From positions 177,878,001 to 177,942,000 of the forward strand of contig OZ024741.1 of the NCBI GenBank assembly GCA_964016885.1: DNA of 64,000 nucleotides, read 5' to 3'. Numbering within the stretch: position 1 is the stretch's first letter; each line of letters begins with the position of its first letter. The DNA is from Eledone cirrhosa (taxonomy: Eukaryota). The notes beneath the pieces were generated by a model. The model was not told where the DNA came from and did not search any database. It saw only the letters and a list, made by a program, of their open reading frames with translations. Below, piece after piece: positions 39,488 through 53,520 of this stretch. Both the position numbers and the translations under genes were made by a program.

Positions 39488-40215
39488 TCCGTTTACAATT
39501 GTTTCGCTACTCCATATAATATTTCTGGATCAAATGACTATGTATCATTATTGATCTGGTTCAGTTGAAAATAATTAAAATATTTAAAGACAGAGCGGTT
39601 CATCGGAACTTCAAAGGAATATAAATTGAAATAAGGAAATAATGTTACATAAGGTAATGTTCCATATATTGGTATTTCACTATGGTGTCTTGGGTGTATC
39701 AATTGTCAGCCATAATCAAGCAGTATTCATCTGTCGAGGCTGCATTGTGTGAGATCTGCCTATGGATAACAAGATGGCCGCCAATGGACATATTTACCTT
39801 ACTAATTAGAGGGTGGTTTCAGGGGAAGTAACTCCTCGAGAGATTAGAAAGTGTGGGTAGTTTATAGTTCAGTGCTAATTTTTTAATTTTAAATGAGAGA
39901 CAATATCTAAGTTAGTTATAGCTATTTAACTTATTAGCTACAAATAAAAATGGGGCTAGATGACTATGGTGGGTCAAATATTCTGTTGGCAAAGGAATTA
40001 GCCCTTCGATGTTGACAGCTAATAGTTACCTCCGTTTATTCGTTAATCGGTAGAGGTCGTGATAGAGTTATGTAATATGCTTCGGTAATACAGAGATCAC
40101 AAGATTTTCTCGCCCATTGAACGGTTGGGCCCTAGCTAAGATATCCCATGTTAGTGAGTGTTCAATGTTGGTTAATTTAAGGTTTTTAATGAGCCTAGCT
40201 AGAGATGTGAACATC
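39488..40215 (-). mobile_element. Penelope-like 3' fragment (GIY-YIG C-terminus plus pLTR with hammerhead-like motif)
   Basis: Manual translation of 40215-39990: TSLARLIKNLK...LTWDILARA...SCDLCITEAYYI...IN...SCQHR, similar in layout to ORF 43794..44177; hammerhead-like motif at 39491-39609. Confidence 0.65.
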
Positions 40216-42205
40216 TGTTGTTAGGGTCTCTAGTAGCAGTTACAGCACCTATACAGGGAACTGTAATGGTGGCAGCAGCCTGCTCCCCACTCCTAGTAGC
40301 AAACTAAAAATCAACCCTAGAATAGGAATGAGAAATGGGATGACAAATAACAAATCCCCAGGTAATAATAACCCTAGGATGGCCCCTACCTACTCCACTA
40401 GATCTTTTACTCTTTTAAGAATGTTTTCCTTGTGAAATTTGTGGTCTTGTTTTGCTTAACTAATGAATATATATGTATATATATATATTATAGTAGCTAA
40501 GATGCGTCCATAAGCGGTATGCCGGTTGAGCACTCTCTGCTCCGAAACCAGTAGATGTGTCTTAGGAAACTGCGAATCCAGAGTCAGGTCGATCCACACA
40601 CTTCTCGAGCTCTTCGCCGGGGAAATAATTGTAATACGCAATAAATTGAGTTCCGATGCATCACTGATTTTTCGTTTTCCATTATATATATATATATATA
40701 TATACATATACCTACATTAATGTATACATTCACACACACATAATATATATATATATAACAATCAGCTAATTGGCGATTGGTTTTGATTAGCTGTCACACT
40801 ATATTATTTGTGAAAACTTAGAAAGTTTCCGAGTGATTGAATGATTGTAAGAGATGGAAAATGCGAAGTTTATGACATACCTCGGTGTAGTAAACAAGGG
40901 AATAGTGAAAGTGGGATAAGTGAAGAGTGACTGATTTTAAGTAATATATGTATAACGTGGTTAGAATATACTGTACCATTTGATTATTGCTCTAGATATA
41001 ATGAGGCATTACGCCCCTTAACATACGTCGCCTTATTTTACGAATAATTGAATTTAGCTCAGAATATCCTTGACGGTTTTTTTTACTAGGTTTTGATTGA
41101 TATATATATATATGTATATAGAATGCTTTCATTTATAATGAATAAATAACATTTTCGAAAAAAAAAAGTGGAAATAAAACAGTGCAATCAAATGTTTGAG
41201 GGAAAATATTATGTATTTTGCGAAATCCAGAGTCTTTCAATAAATACCAGAAGCCGAACCTAAATATTACTAATAACTCTAGGAAAGCCAGGAACGATAC
41301 CACTTCTTTTTAACTGTGATTTTGAAAGTAGGTTTATAATTGTAAATTTTCATTATACTTTTGTAGCCGTCTCGGTGGCTAAATTTTAGGAATCATAGAC
41401 GGTGGCGTTCTTGGTTTGAATTTCGATCCTGGTCGGGTGTAGGGCTCGAGGTAAACCATTTCACTTTTTTTTTATTGGTTGCAAAATAAAAACTGAAAAG
41501 GGTTACATGTACCTCTTGACCGGGATTGAACCCAAGGTCAGGATTTCCACCGTCTCTAGTAACTACTGCTAGGCCACAGAGACACAGCGGAAATCTTATG
41601 AAAATTCATACTTATAAACCTACTTTCAAAATTTTCAAAACAAAGTGTTGTGGTGTCCTTCATCTCTTTCTTAATGTTATTGCTCCTACTTAAGGTCGAC
41701 TTCTAAATCATTTGCATGTTCCATAAACTACATCCTCATTTTGTTTCAGATCTATCTAGACAATATTTTAACTTGTAATCCATGTTTCTTTTCTGTGGTA
41801 CCTCATTTACCCTCCCTCTCTCTCTCTCTCTATCTCTCTCCCTCACTCTCTCTTTCTGTCTGTGATATTTGAATCTACTTTGAATTGGGCTTACCTTATT
41901 CCTATATATACATTTTTGCATGTCAGTTAGATTCAAACTTATAATGATTGGCATTATATATATATAGTAGCGGACTAGGTCTAAAAATATTGGTTGCCAG
42001 ATGAAGGGGTCCCACCTACATATGCTATTATTCAATTTTTATAATGAATAAATTACATTTTCCAAAAATACATAATGGGAAACAAAACAGTAAAATCAAA
42101 TTGTTGTGGAAAAATATCTTACTTTCCTTTCTCCAATAAAAGATAATATGTATTTTGCGAAATCCAAAGACTTTCAATAATGACCTTTGGTCTTTCCCAC
42201 TCAGT

Positions 42206-42280
<75 letters not shown>

Positions 42281-42368
42281 TATATATATATATATACTCA
42301 CACACATACATATATATATATATAAGTTAAAACAATGAAATAAAAAATCAAGTCATTAGAGATATACT

Positions 42369-42476
42369 TCACTGCTTTACGATCGTTTCTCGATGATGAT
42401 AATACATTGTAGCTATACTCCGTTAAAGAGAATATTTACTTACATGCATATCACCAGCTGTTTTCAAAAGCAATAA
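42369..42476 (-). ncRNA. Hammerhead-like motif in the PLE pLTR (U3-A8 core, long stem II); decayed second copy at 46637-46771
   Basis: Minus strand: TTATTGCTT-TTGAAAA-CAGC TGGTGATA...TATCATCA TCGA-GAAAC-GATC-GTA-AAGCAGTGA (9-bp stem I including GU pairs). Confidence 0.6.
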
Positions 42477-43243
42477 TAATTTTATTCAATAATAATGTTA
42501 TTCAGAATTACTAGTATGTTAGTAACATGTCCTTATTTGGGGTAGTTGAAGAACTAACGAATCAAATTGTTATTTTCATATGATGTTAAGATGAAAAGTA
42601 ATACACTTTAGTTGAGGTCATGACTCTTTGAAAGGAATGGTTGAATGGTGTTAATAGTAGAATTGGCATAAAAATCTATTAGGAGGAAAGGGATTGTCAA
42701 ACTGATAGTTGAATGTATCTGGTATAGTGAAATTAAAAAGAATGTTAAAATAAATGGTGATTACTGTTGTATTGAGTTTTTAGGTGAATATAAATTAAGG
42801 TTATGGCTAGGAAAGATGGTATATTAAAAGAAGAAAATTATAATAAGATAAGGAAATACAGTAATGCGATAATATAGAACTTAACCAACACAATATAGTA
42901 CGGTGTGGTAAATTGCACTTAGTATAGTACAGCATATGATACGCTCTAAAATATTATCAAGTATGTTTATGCATAAATAATCAAACTCAGATAAATACAT
43001 GTTGGCATAGTTAAAACACATACATTTCATAGATTACAAAGTGCATATATCCACACTATATATAGAAAGAGGTACAGTTATATTGATATCCAACAAAAAA
43101 AATATACATACGCACAAATAGATGCAAACCTAAATACACATTTACACATATGCACATAATCATATACACACATATCCATATATATCTATATCCACACATA
43201 CACACCTATACATATACATATACACACATATACATACACTCAT

Positions 43244-43277
<34 letters not shown>

Positions 43278-46200
43278 ATATACACACACACATATATATA
43301 TGTGTGTGTATGTACACTCCTCATACATGTACACACACTCCTATATAAACACTCATACACCTATACTCACATATACGCACACATAAAGACACACATATAT
43401 ATATATATATACACATACACACACACATACATATACATATATATATTCATACATACATACATACATACATACATACATACATACATACATACATACATAC
43501 ACATACTTAAATATATATATATATATATGTATACACACACATAAATATATTTCCATATCATACATAGATATATATTTACTCATGCAATTACGGGTGGTTA
43601 TGTACCTTGTTGCCTTTAGTCATTAATGCATAAACCTAAGGAAGCTAAAACATTGAAAGGTAAAAAATAAGCATGAATGCATATAATTAGGGGAAAGGGG
43701 TACTAATAAATGTTACTCTATATATTAGAATATTTAATGCAAATAATTAGGGGAAAGAGGTACTAATAAATGTTACTCTATATATTAGAATATTTAATTA
43801 GGTTTATTATATTTAATTAGGTTTATAGTATTAAATGTTTTTCGTATACGGTGATTACAAACTAAGACCAGTTCCTGCCTTTTATTTAATAAATCGTCCT
43901 TAGATTTAGTAATTTCCAAGATTTCCCCTGAACATTCCCTCCTGTTCCCAAGATATAGAGTTCTTTGTAGAATGGTGTTCCACGATAACTTGAAATCTAT
44001 TTTTTTCTTTTCATAATTATATACCGCTTCAGCTAAAGATATGGTGTTAGCTAGTTTAGTATTGTTGAAACTACAAGAGTGTGCGAAATATCTTTTCTTA
44101 AATGTGTGTGATCCTATATATGTTTTGTTGGAGTCTGTAGTAGACACAGTGCATTTATATATTACATTATTAATCAAACAGTTGCCATTTAAGGGGCAAA
44201 TGCTTCTATTTCTGCAATTACAGTCATACGTAAGATGGTTGTTGAGGGTGCCTATACTATTCTTATTAATCCTTGAGCTATTCCTATTGTAATTAATGAT
44301 CGCAGGAGAATGAAGGTTGCTTTGTGGGTGGTTTAGTGCTAGGGTTGTATTGTAATTTTGTGTTCTGTTGTTTTTGTGTTGGTGATTTGGGTGGTTGTGT
44401 TTTCTAGGTTAAAGGATTGTATTATTTGCCGTGTTAAAAGGTGCAGTCCTATTTAAATTATGTTGTGGTGGTGCAGTCATATAATTTTTAAGATTATAAA
44501 TGTTGTGGTTGCTTATTTTTTGCTGGAGATTGATTGATGTAGAGTATGAAAATTTAACAGTATATTTGTTAAATATTTGGTGGTATATGTGGTTTGGTGG
44601 AAATGTTTATATAGAATTTCGAAGAATTTGTTGGGGATTTGTCCAATAGTATCCAGGTTGAAGGGTGCGTTATACCATGTTATGTTTATTTTGCGGTTTT
44701 TAGTTAAGGTCTTATTAACACTTATATTATTGTGTCGTGTTCTAGAAGAATTCCTATGGTTAGTATCCTTATTTGTGGAATTTGGTAAATTACCGTGGTT
44801 GTATTTGGTGTTATTTTGGGGTAAATTATGAGATTTTGAGTGCTTGGTATTCATATGTGGTTTGATAACATTGGTCATAGATCGTGTAGTAATAGTTGTT
44901 GTGGTTTTTCAGTTGTTTGGTGTAATAGGAATAACCACTTACGTATTTGTTTCAATGGTATTTTTTGGTGTTTGTAGTTTTTGCTAGGTTTTATGTTTTG
45001 GTCCATAGTAGTGTTGCGGATATATGAGATTTTTTTTGTATATCCACTTCTAGTTAAGGCCTCGTTGTAGAAGGGTGCATTATTATAAAATATATCTTCA
45101 TTGGAAGATAATTTAGAAAGTCTAAGAGGTATGTTATATACTAAGTTCTTGAGTATAGAGCCTGGGTGGTTAGATCGTGTATGTACATAATGTAGATTCT
45201 GGTTAGGTTTGTAGTAAGGTCGATAAGTATTCCTAGAGAGGTCTAAGGTAACGTCATGGAAATTAGCTACTTTTGAAGTGTTTTCAAAAGTGATGCGAAG
45301 GCTGTAATAGTCCTTGAGGAATTTTCTAATTTGTTTTTTTGTTTTTCTCTATATTGGAATTGTTAGGATTGTTAGTTAACAATAGATAATCATCCCGATA
45401 AAGACCACCTTTCAGCTGTGGAAAAGAGTCATTAATGTTATAGAGGAGAAATAGTCCAACGATGTCTGTAACTTGAGCAGAGTCCATGGACCCCATCGTA
45501 ATATCGAATAAGTTGTTATATGTGTTTCTTGTCCAGTGTTCTTCTTGGAAGTTTAGTAAGGTTTTTCTAGCGTGGGTTATGATGTTGATTTCCTCAGTAG
45601 ATAAATCCGATCTATATCTGGCAAAGATCAGTGTTTGTTTAAAAGAATTGGAGAAATCGAAGAATAGTAAGAATCGATGTCAAATTGAATGAATGGAGCT
45701 GAGTTTTTATTCCCAATGGTAGTGAACCATTCAATAACATGGGAAGTGTTAAACATTTTCTAATTTGGGGAATGATACGATCAATAATCTTTTTGCTGAT
45801 ATTACCGATATCAGATGTTGATGGGCATATCAGTCTAATAGATGGGTTCGAGTTAAAGTCAGATTTATGGTCTTTCAGGTTGAAGTGCGGGCTTTTAGGC
45901 GTGAAATGCTCAGTCCTATCTTCAATCTGGAGCTTTTTTACTATATCACATGATATGTCGTTCAAGGATGTTAGTGCGGTAGTATTTGCTTTCTTATAGT
46001 TTTTTCTAAGTTCTTTATATATGAACTGGTTATATTTATCGATATCCATATGGTACAAGTTACTAGTTTTGTCAGAATGGACATGGAACTTGTTTGAATT
46101 TTGGAATTCTGATTTGTGTTTTCTGAATTTTATGTTTTTAATCATGTTCAGTAGGGCGCTCTCAAAATGTTCAAGTTGAATATTATGAGGGGAATTTTTG

Positions 46201-47237
46201 TATGTTTTGAATCCATAGCGGTACTTCATTTCATTTGTCTTAGTTTTGTTGTCAAAATTGTAGGCCCTCCATCTCATTCTCCTAATAAATTGATTAGTTT
46301 TTTGTATGAGCAAGAGTAGATATTCATCTTTAGGTGGAATTGGAATATTCTTCAACGAGGTACGCAAATATTGTTTTTTCATTGTGATACAGGAATTAGA
46401 TAAAAAAAAGAGCTCAACTAAATATTATAATCAATTATGAGAAATATATTGAAGAGGCAAAACGCACAGAGGTATCCATAGTAAGTTGTGGGGTCTATTC
46501 TGCATGAAGAATTCGATGTAATCCATATGTGGAAAATGTTGTAGGTTAAGATAAATCTCGGAAAACAAAAAAACATTAAAAGTCATGATATAAGTTAAAA
46601 CAACGAAATAAAAAATCAAGTCATTAGAGATATACTTCACTGCTTTACGATCATTTCTAGATGATGATAATACATACTCCGTTATTAATCTATGTAAGGT
46701 TAGTTACAAAATATCAGATAAAGAGAATATTTACTTACATGCATATCACCAGCTGTTTTCAAAACCAATAATAATGTTATTCAATAATAATTTTATTCAG
46801 AATTACTAGTATGTTAGTATCAAGTCTTTATTTGGAGGTAGTTGAATTAAAGAATCAAATTGTTTTTTTCATATGGTGTTAAGATGAAAAGTAATACACT
46901 TTAGTTGAGGACATGACGCTTTGAAAGGAATGGTTGAATGGTGTTAAGAGTAGAAGTGGCATAACAATCTATTAGGAGGAAAGGGATTGTCAAACTGATA
47001 GTTGAATGTATCTGGTCTAGTGAAATTAAAAAGAATGTCAAAATAAATGGTGATTAGTGTTGTATTGAGTTTTTATGGGAATATAAATTAAGGTTATGGC
47101 TAGGAAAGATAGTATATTAAAAGAAGAAAATTATAATAAGATAATGAAATACAGTAATTCGATAATATACAACTTCACCAACACAATATAGCACGATGTG
47201 GTAAACAGCATATGATACGCTCTAAAATACTATCAAT

Positions 47238-47804
47238 TATGTTTATGCATAAATAATCAAACTCAGATAAATACATGTTGGCATAGTTAAAACACATATA
47301 TTTCATAGATTACAAAGTGCATATATCCACACTATATATATAGAGAGGTACAGTTATATTGATATCCAACCAAAAATATACACACGCACAAATAGATGCA
47401 AACCTAAATACACATTTACACATATGCACATAATCATATACTCACATATCCATACATATCTATACATATCCATACATATCTATATCCACACACACATATA
47501 TATATATATAAATATGTATGTATATGTGTGTACATATTTATATGTATATATGTGGGTATAGGTGTGTATGTGTGGATATAGATATGTATGGACATGTGAG
47601 TATATGATTATGTGCATATGTGTAAATTTGTATTTAGGTTTGCATCTATCTGTGCGTATGTATATTTTTGGTTGGATATCAATATAACTGTACCTCTCTA
47701 TATATATAGTGTGGATATATGCACTTTGTAATCTATGAAATGTATGTGTTTTAACTATGCCAACATGTATTTATCTGAGTTTGATTATGTATGCATAAAC
47801 ATAT
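47238..47804. repeat. Inverted duplication (~240-bp arms) inside the upstream pLTR
   Basis: 47238-47490 is the reverse complement of ~47565-47804; absent from the other pLTR. Confidence 0.88.
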
Positions 47805-47905
47805 ATATATATATATATATGTGTGTGTGTATGTACACTCCCCATACATGTACACTCACTCATATATAAACACTCATACACCTATACTCACATATAAACA
47901 CACAA

Positions 47906-47957
<52 letters not shown>

Positions 47958-48573
47958 GCATATACACACACACATACATTTACATATATATATATATACA
48001 CATACTTAAATAGATATATATATACACACACACACATAAATATATTTCCATATCATACATAGATATATATTTACTCATGCAATTACCTTGTTGCCTTTAG
48101 TCATTAATGTATAAACCTAAGGAAGCTAAAACATTGAAAGTAAAAAATAAGCATGAATGGATATAATTAGGGGAAAGGGGGTACTAATAAATGTTACTCT
48201 ATATATTAGAATATTTAATGCATATAATTAGGGTAAAGAGGTACCTAATAAATGTCACTCTATATTTTGGAATATTTAATTAGGTTTTTAGTATTTAATT
48301 AGGTTTATAATATATATATATATATATGCCTTAGCAAATATTTTTTAAGCGGGTCGTATTATTCATTCTATAAACAATTTTACCTGTCAGCGCATACACA
48401 GAAAAGATAATGAATATTTGCTTTTGCATCATGGCATGTTTGAGATCTTCTAGGAATAGTGTGTCATATACACGAAATTAGTTATATATTCATTCAGTGG
48501 CGGATTGGCCAAGTGGCCAGGTTGCCCACTGGCAACAGAATATCACTTGCTACAAGAGTGACAGAGAACACTA

Positions 48574-48679
<106 letters not shown>

Positions 48680-50604
48680 CATTAATGCATTTAAAGTGCT
48701 GCATCCATGAAGGGACCTCATACTGATTGAGAATTGTTAATGAGGCTGTGATCTCGACTTGCCATCACACGATCTATAAATCTCACCAACAAATTATCAT
48801 ATTTATTATATGGTGTTACATGTAGAGATAACATAATATATATTCATAATAAAGCAACGTCCTTGATAGACATTTGGGAGCTTAACATTCTTCATTTTGC
48901 TTTTGTTTTATTAATCGAATATAGAGAACTATTGCAAGAAATTTAACTGATTATATTTATGACTCAAGGTGGTGAATCGGTATGATATCATTGTATGTGA
49001 TGACCATCGTTTCGATGGAGTGGATTTCATAAATGAATAATTCTACATACAATTTTCAATTTGTAACGATAGCTGATTAATATATATTGATATCGTAATT
49101 CTGTATGACGACCTTCAGTTAAGAAAAGATGAAAAGAGGCAACTACGTGAAAGTTTCTCTTCATTTTCTTCATACAAACAAAAGAAAACAACTCCACATG
49201 TATTATCGCCACAAAGATACAACAGTAGATTTTTCCTGGTTTGTGCGTATATATATATATATTTTTTTTTTTAGGACAATAATATGACCATAGACTAAAG
49301 TTAGTTTCCGTCTGCAACATTAACACACGAAATGTTCACACGTTTGACTGTGCTTTACAAATTCGATTGAATAATTGATATTATAGAAACGACGTTAATA
49401 TATTTGGCTGAGCAAAAATGAATGAGCCAATGGTGCTGTCGTTTTACTAAGGTGACATGTCATATATGAAGCAGGAACGCGACCTGACTATTTCAAATTT
49501 GTAGAAATTAATATGAGATGCATATCTTGGGTTTAAAATGTTACCTACGTGACACTGATCATAGGACAGATATAGATGAAATAGTAGCTACTATTTCTGC
49601 TTCTTTACACTGGCAGAATTATGAATCACTTTTAATTCAGCTTAACTGGTTGCGTACTTTGATTCTGTTGAACAGAGAGCTTTCTCATTTTGATTCTCCG
49701 ATATTTGTGGAAGTAGTTATTCACAATGGAGTCCTTTCCAGTCCCATATGAATGCGCGATGGGAAGAACTATATGTGTTGCCGCTTTATTTGATTAAAAA
49801 TGCCAGATATATTACTGGTTTATGATAGGATCAAATAGATCCCATACCAAAGAAGTAAGACTAAACTAACTCGTGATGAAGTCACTAGGGTATCAGTAAT
49901 AAGTAATATCAAAATAATTCAGATATCGATAAATGTTATCAACTAGATTCTGAATTTACTTACATGATATTCATAAAGCAATTTCCTCCATTAGATCAAT
50001 AACATATCCAGATCAAGTATGCGTACACGCAATGAGAAGAGTTGCTTAAAAATTAATTTTCATGTTCACAGCTGTAGTTTATATCCAATATTAAGATTGA
50101 GTGCCGAAAGATGATAATTGAGAAATACTTGACACAATTATCTGTGAATGGAAATCGTAGCGATGAATTGAATTATGATCTTCATGGAACTGAATAAATA
50201 TAGAATGCATTATATATTTAGATGATGATTCTGTGCCGTTTGTATAGGGTATGGTTTACTGGAATATCTTCCATTTAATATCAAAATTAGGGATGTCTTT
50301 CGTTCAGTGTTTTGTTATTTGGTCGCTTTAGTAGAAGAGAAATCTAATTCATAAATATTTCTTCCTTTCGTTTTCATCAATCCGTAAGTATTTCTTAGTA
50401 TTTAACACATGCGTACACAGACTTCAGCACTCGATATAATATACATTCCAATGTGATATAACAAAGCCGTCGAAATGCGTATATCAGCAATGACGTATTA
50501 ATATAATGGTTCCAGCATACCGCCTTATATTCAATTATATGTATATATTAGATATTCATTTAACAATGAAAATAATAACAAAGTCATATTATTTTGCCTA
50601 TTCA

Positions 50605-50792
50605 AGGGCAGTGGATTGGCAGTATCGGTAGCGGGTCGAACGCCATGCTTTGACTCATAGAGTTACGACCCTTGCCATTCTGAGTTCAAATCCCGCCAAG
50701 GTTAACTTTGCCTTTCATCCTTACGGAGTCGATAAAATAAAGTACCAGTAATGTACTGGTTGATTGCTGGCCTTGTGCCAAAAGTAGAAACA
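50605..50792 (+). mobile_element. SINE, full length, with 17-bp target-site duplication
   Basis: ATTATTTTGCCTATTCA at 50588-50604 and 50793-50809. Confidence 0.92.
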
Positions 50793-50813
50793 ATTATTTT
50801 GCCTATTCATATT

Positions 50814-50939
50814 ATTGTTTTACGATCGTTTCGGAGGGTTGATCATATTGACATATTGACTGATCTATAGCAGTTATATAACTGTATACTATCAGGCATC
50901 ATATATAGGTTCGACCAGTCCGTCTTCTTCGGGAACAAT
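50814..50939 (-). ncRNA. Hammerhead-like motif with long stem II in a PLE-type terminus
   Basis: Minus strand: ATTGTTC-CCGAAGA-AGAC GGA...TCC-GAAAC-GATC-GTA-AAACAAT. Confidence 0.5.
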
Positions 50940-51225
50940 GAAGTTAGAATCTTTATTGGTAGTATATAAACAGGGTACATACAAGAATAGCCATACCATA
51001 TAAATATATATTCCAGATTGCCACTTTAGACTGATAGAGATAGTGGGAGCAGAGTAGTAAGACACTATTTACAAATGTCTTTTGAGGGGGGCAAGTGGAT
51101 GAATAAGCAGAGCAAAGTGAAGGATTAAGAGGGAGGTGTAGAATGGGAGGGATCAAAGAAGAGGGGGTATATTAGGAGGGGTAAATGAAGAAGAAGGAGA
51201 GGAAGATGGATAGCAGGATAGATAG

Positions 51226-51555
<330 letters not shown>

Positions 51556-51999
51556 GATCATTAATGTGGTGAGTGTCCTAGGTGTAATGAATCATCTATC
51601 AACAGTTTAGTTTCTAAACCCTTGTAAATAATCAAAGCAATATCGAAATCAGAAATCTTAATCCAACTTTAATTGCCATGCATTAATATCTCCCAGCCTG
51701 GGATACATTTTGGACCTTAACATTTTCTTTATATTACTCAATAATGTTTCCGGCGTTACTGTTACAATTCACCTATAATATGTCTTAAGAATTAACGGGT
51801 GACTGTAGCTTTTTTGTGGGCTCTCTCCACGAATGACCCTTTTTTTTGTTACATCCTTTGTTTTTGTTTTTTATACATATAAGTTTGTTTTTGTTTTTTT
51901 TATACGCAGAAATGCCCAATTTGTAACGCCCTATTCTGTCCTATGCTGTCCTTAATGTTATATGTTATGTCAACCCTTGTGGTTAATAAAGAACGCATT

Positions 52000-52218
52000 A
52001 GGAGTTTAGCAGTATCAGTAGAGGGTTGGACGCCATACTTGTCAGTATAGAGTTGTGGCCCTTTACGTTCTGTGTTCAAATCCCGCCGAGGTTAACTTTG
52101 CCTTTCATCCTTACGGGGTCGATATAATAAAGTACCAGTAACGTACTGGGTCGATTTAATCGACTTTCCCCTCCCCCCAATTACTGGCCTTGTGCTTATA
52201 CTAGAAATTATTATTATT
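52000..52218 (+). mobile_element. SINE (longer-body variant)
   Basis: B box GTTCAAATCC, family body, (ATT)n tail. Confidence 0.82.
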
Positions 52219-52249
52219 TCTCTTTTTCTTACTTCAAAAACTAAAAACC

Positions 52250-53520
52250 TACTTATCATAATCCTACTTCTCTCTCTCACCGACCTGCTGGATGTTATCC
52301 AACCATATTACTTGTGGTCTACTGCTGGTTCTCCTGTCGGTATGCTTTACCCTCAATATCTGCCCGGCTATTCTTTCCTGAGACATACTGACAACATGTC
52401 TGTAATGCCGGAGCTGTGTTTTCTAAATAAGCTAAATTCACGCCTGTACCTGTTGTGACTCACTTATCTCCCAGCAATGCATCCTATGGAGCAACATTAC
52501 TACAAAGCTTTTATTCGAGATGGTATTATTTCTGTTATCTCCCAAGATTCATAACAATAGGTAAGGGGTGGAACAAACACCGAATTGAATATAGCTAAAT
52601 TGGATCCTACCTCGCTACATCTGATGAACAAGTGCTGAATTAAAGTCAGCTCTGAAATGTAGTGAAACTATCGTCAATGGTACAGCTCTTTTATCTGCTA
52701 TTGCTCAGTGTTGTGGCGCACCGTTATCTTATTCTCATTTATTTCATCTTCATTTCTTGTTGTGTAGCTAATTTAGATAGAGTATTACTGTTAAATCTTT
52801 TGGGACGAATTTCATTGTCTCCAGCAGCCTTGTGTCATATGTGCTCTTTAACAGTTCCTGTGACCTCAGCCTCAGGAGGATTAGTCATCGCTCCCAGATG
52901 CAACTCGTTTAAAACGGAAGATGCTATTTGGTCGGGTTTAGGAAACCAGCAAAGTTTTCTCTACATCTCGCGAGAATCCCATTCTCTGAAGTGAGGAGAA
53001 TCACAGGCGTGCTCCTGATAGCAGGCATGGTGCAACATTTCTTCTTTTTATGATATCTGAGAATGATCCGCCTTTGCTGTCTCTGCTGCGATTCTTCTTA
53101 CCTACTTGTACCACAAGTGAAAGAAGGAGATCTTATTCCCAAGCCAAACATTGTAGGCTCCCTTCTTTGCTCGTATGGCATCATTGAACAGTTGATTGAA
53201 CCAAAGTATCCTCCCGCCATCCGGCGCCACATTAAGCCTCTTTCGCCCATAGCATTTAAAACCTAAAGCAGAAACTGCGGACTGAACCATTTCCACTCAG
53301 TTCACCGTCCTCAGGGACGTATCTGTATTTGGATGCAATATTATATGCATGCCAGGACCTGACTCCCTTGTCTTCCAACGCTTCCCACTTTATCCAATAG
53401 GTCGACCTTGATCTGTCAGTTTTGTGGGCAGATAACGAGGTGGTTATCAGCTGACAGCTCAGTCCGTCTTTTAACACGAAGATCCAGCACAGAATCGAAG
53501 AGATCAGAGACAATAACAAA
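52250..53520 (-). mobile_element. Heavily decayed LINE (probably RTE-like)
   Basis: Fragments such as LWFNQLFNDAIRAKKGAYNVWL and a KAAGxxEI-like motif near 52810-52830. Confidence 0.4.

Larger units (their letters stand above)
42324..48310 (-). mobile_element. Penelope-like element with ~1.5-1.7-kb pseudo-LTRs, RT plus GIY-YIG, pseudogenised
   Basis: Direct repeats 42324-43830 and 46591-48310; ORF remnants 46382->43794: SLKNIPIP..FIRRMRW, LKDHK, LFDITMGSMDSAQVTDIVGL, GGLYRDD, NFHDVTLDL, NVIYKCTV..TYIGS..FKKRY..H. (TA)n on both sides. Confidence 0.9.

Noticed and set aside
49518-49751. Protein-like ORF in unique sequence (also 60014-60331 and 61395-61592)
   Set aside because: No recognisable motif or convincing splice context; lengths within chance expectation.
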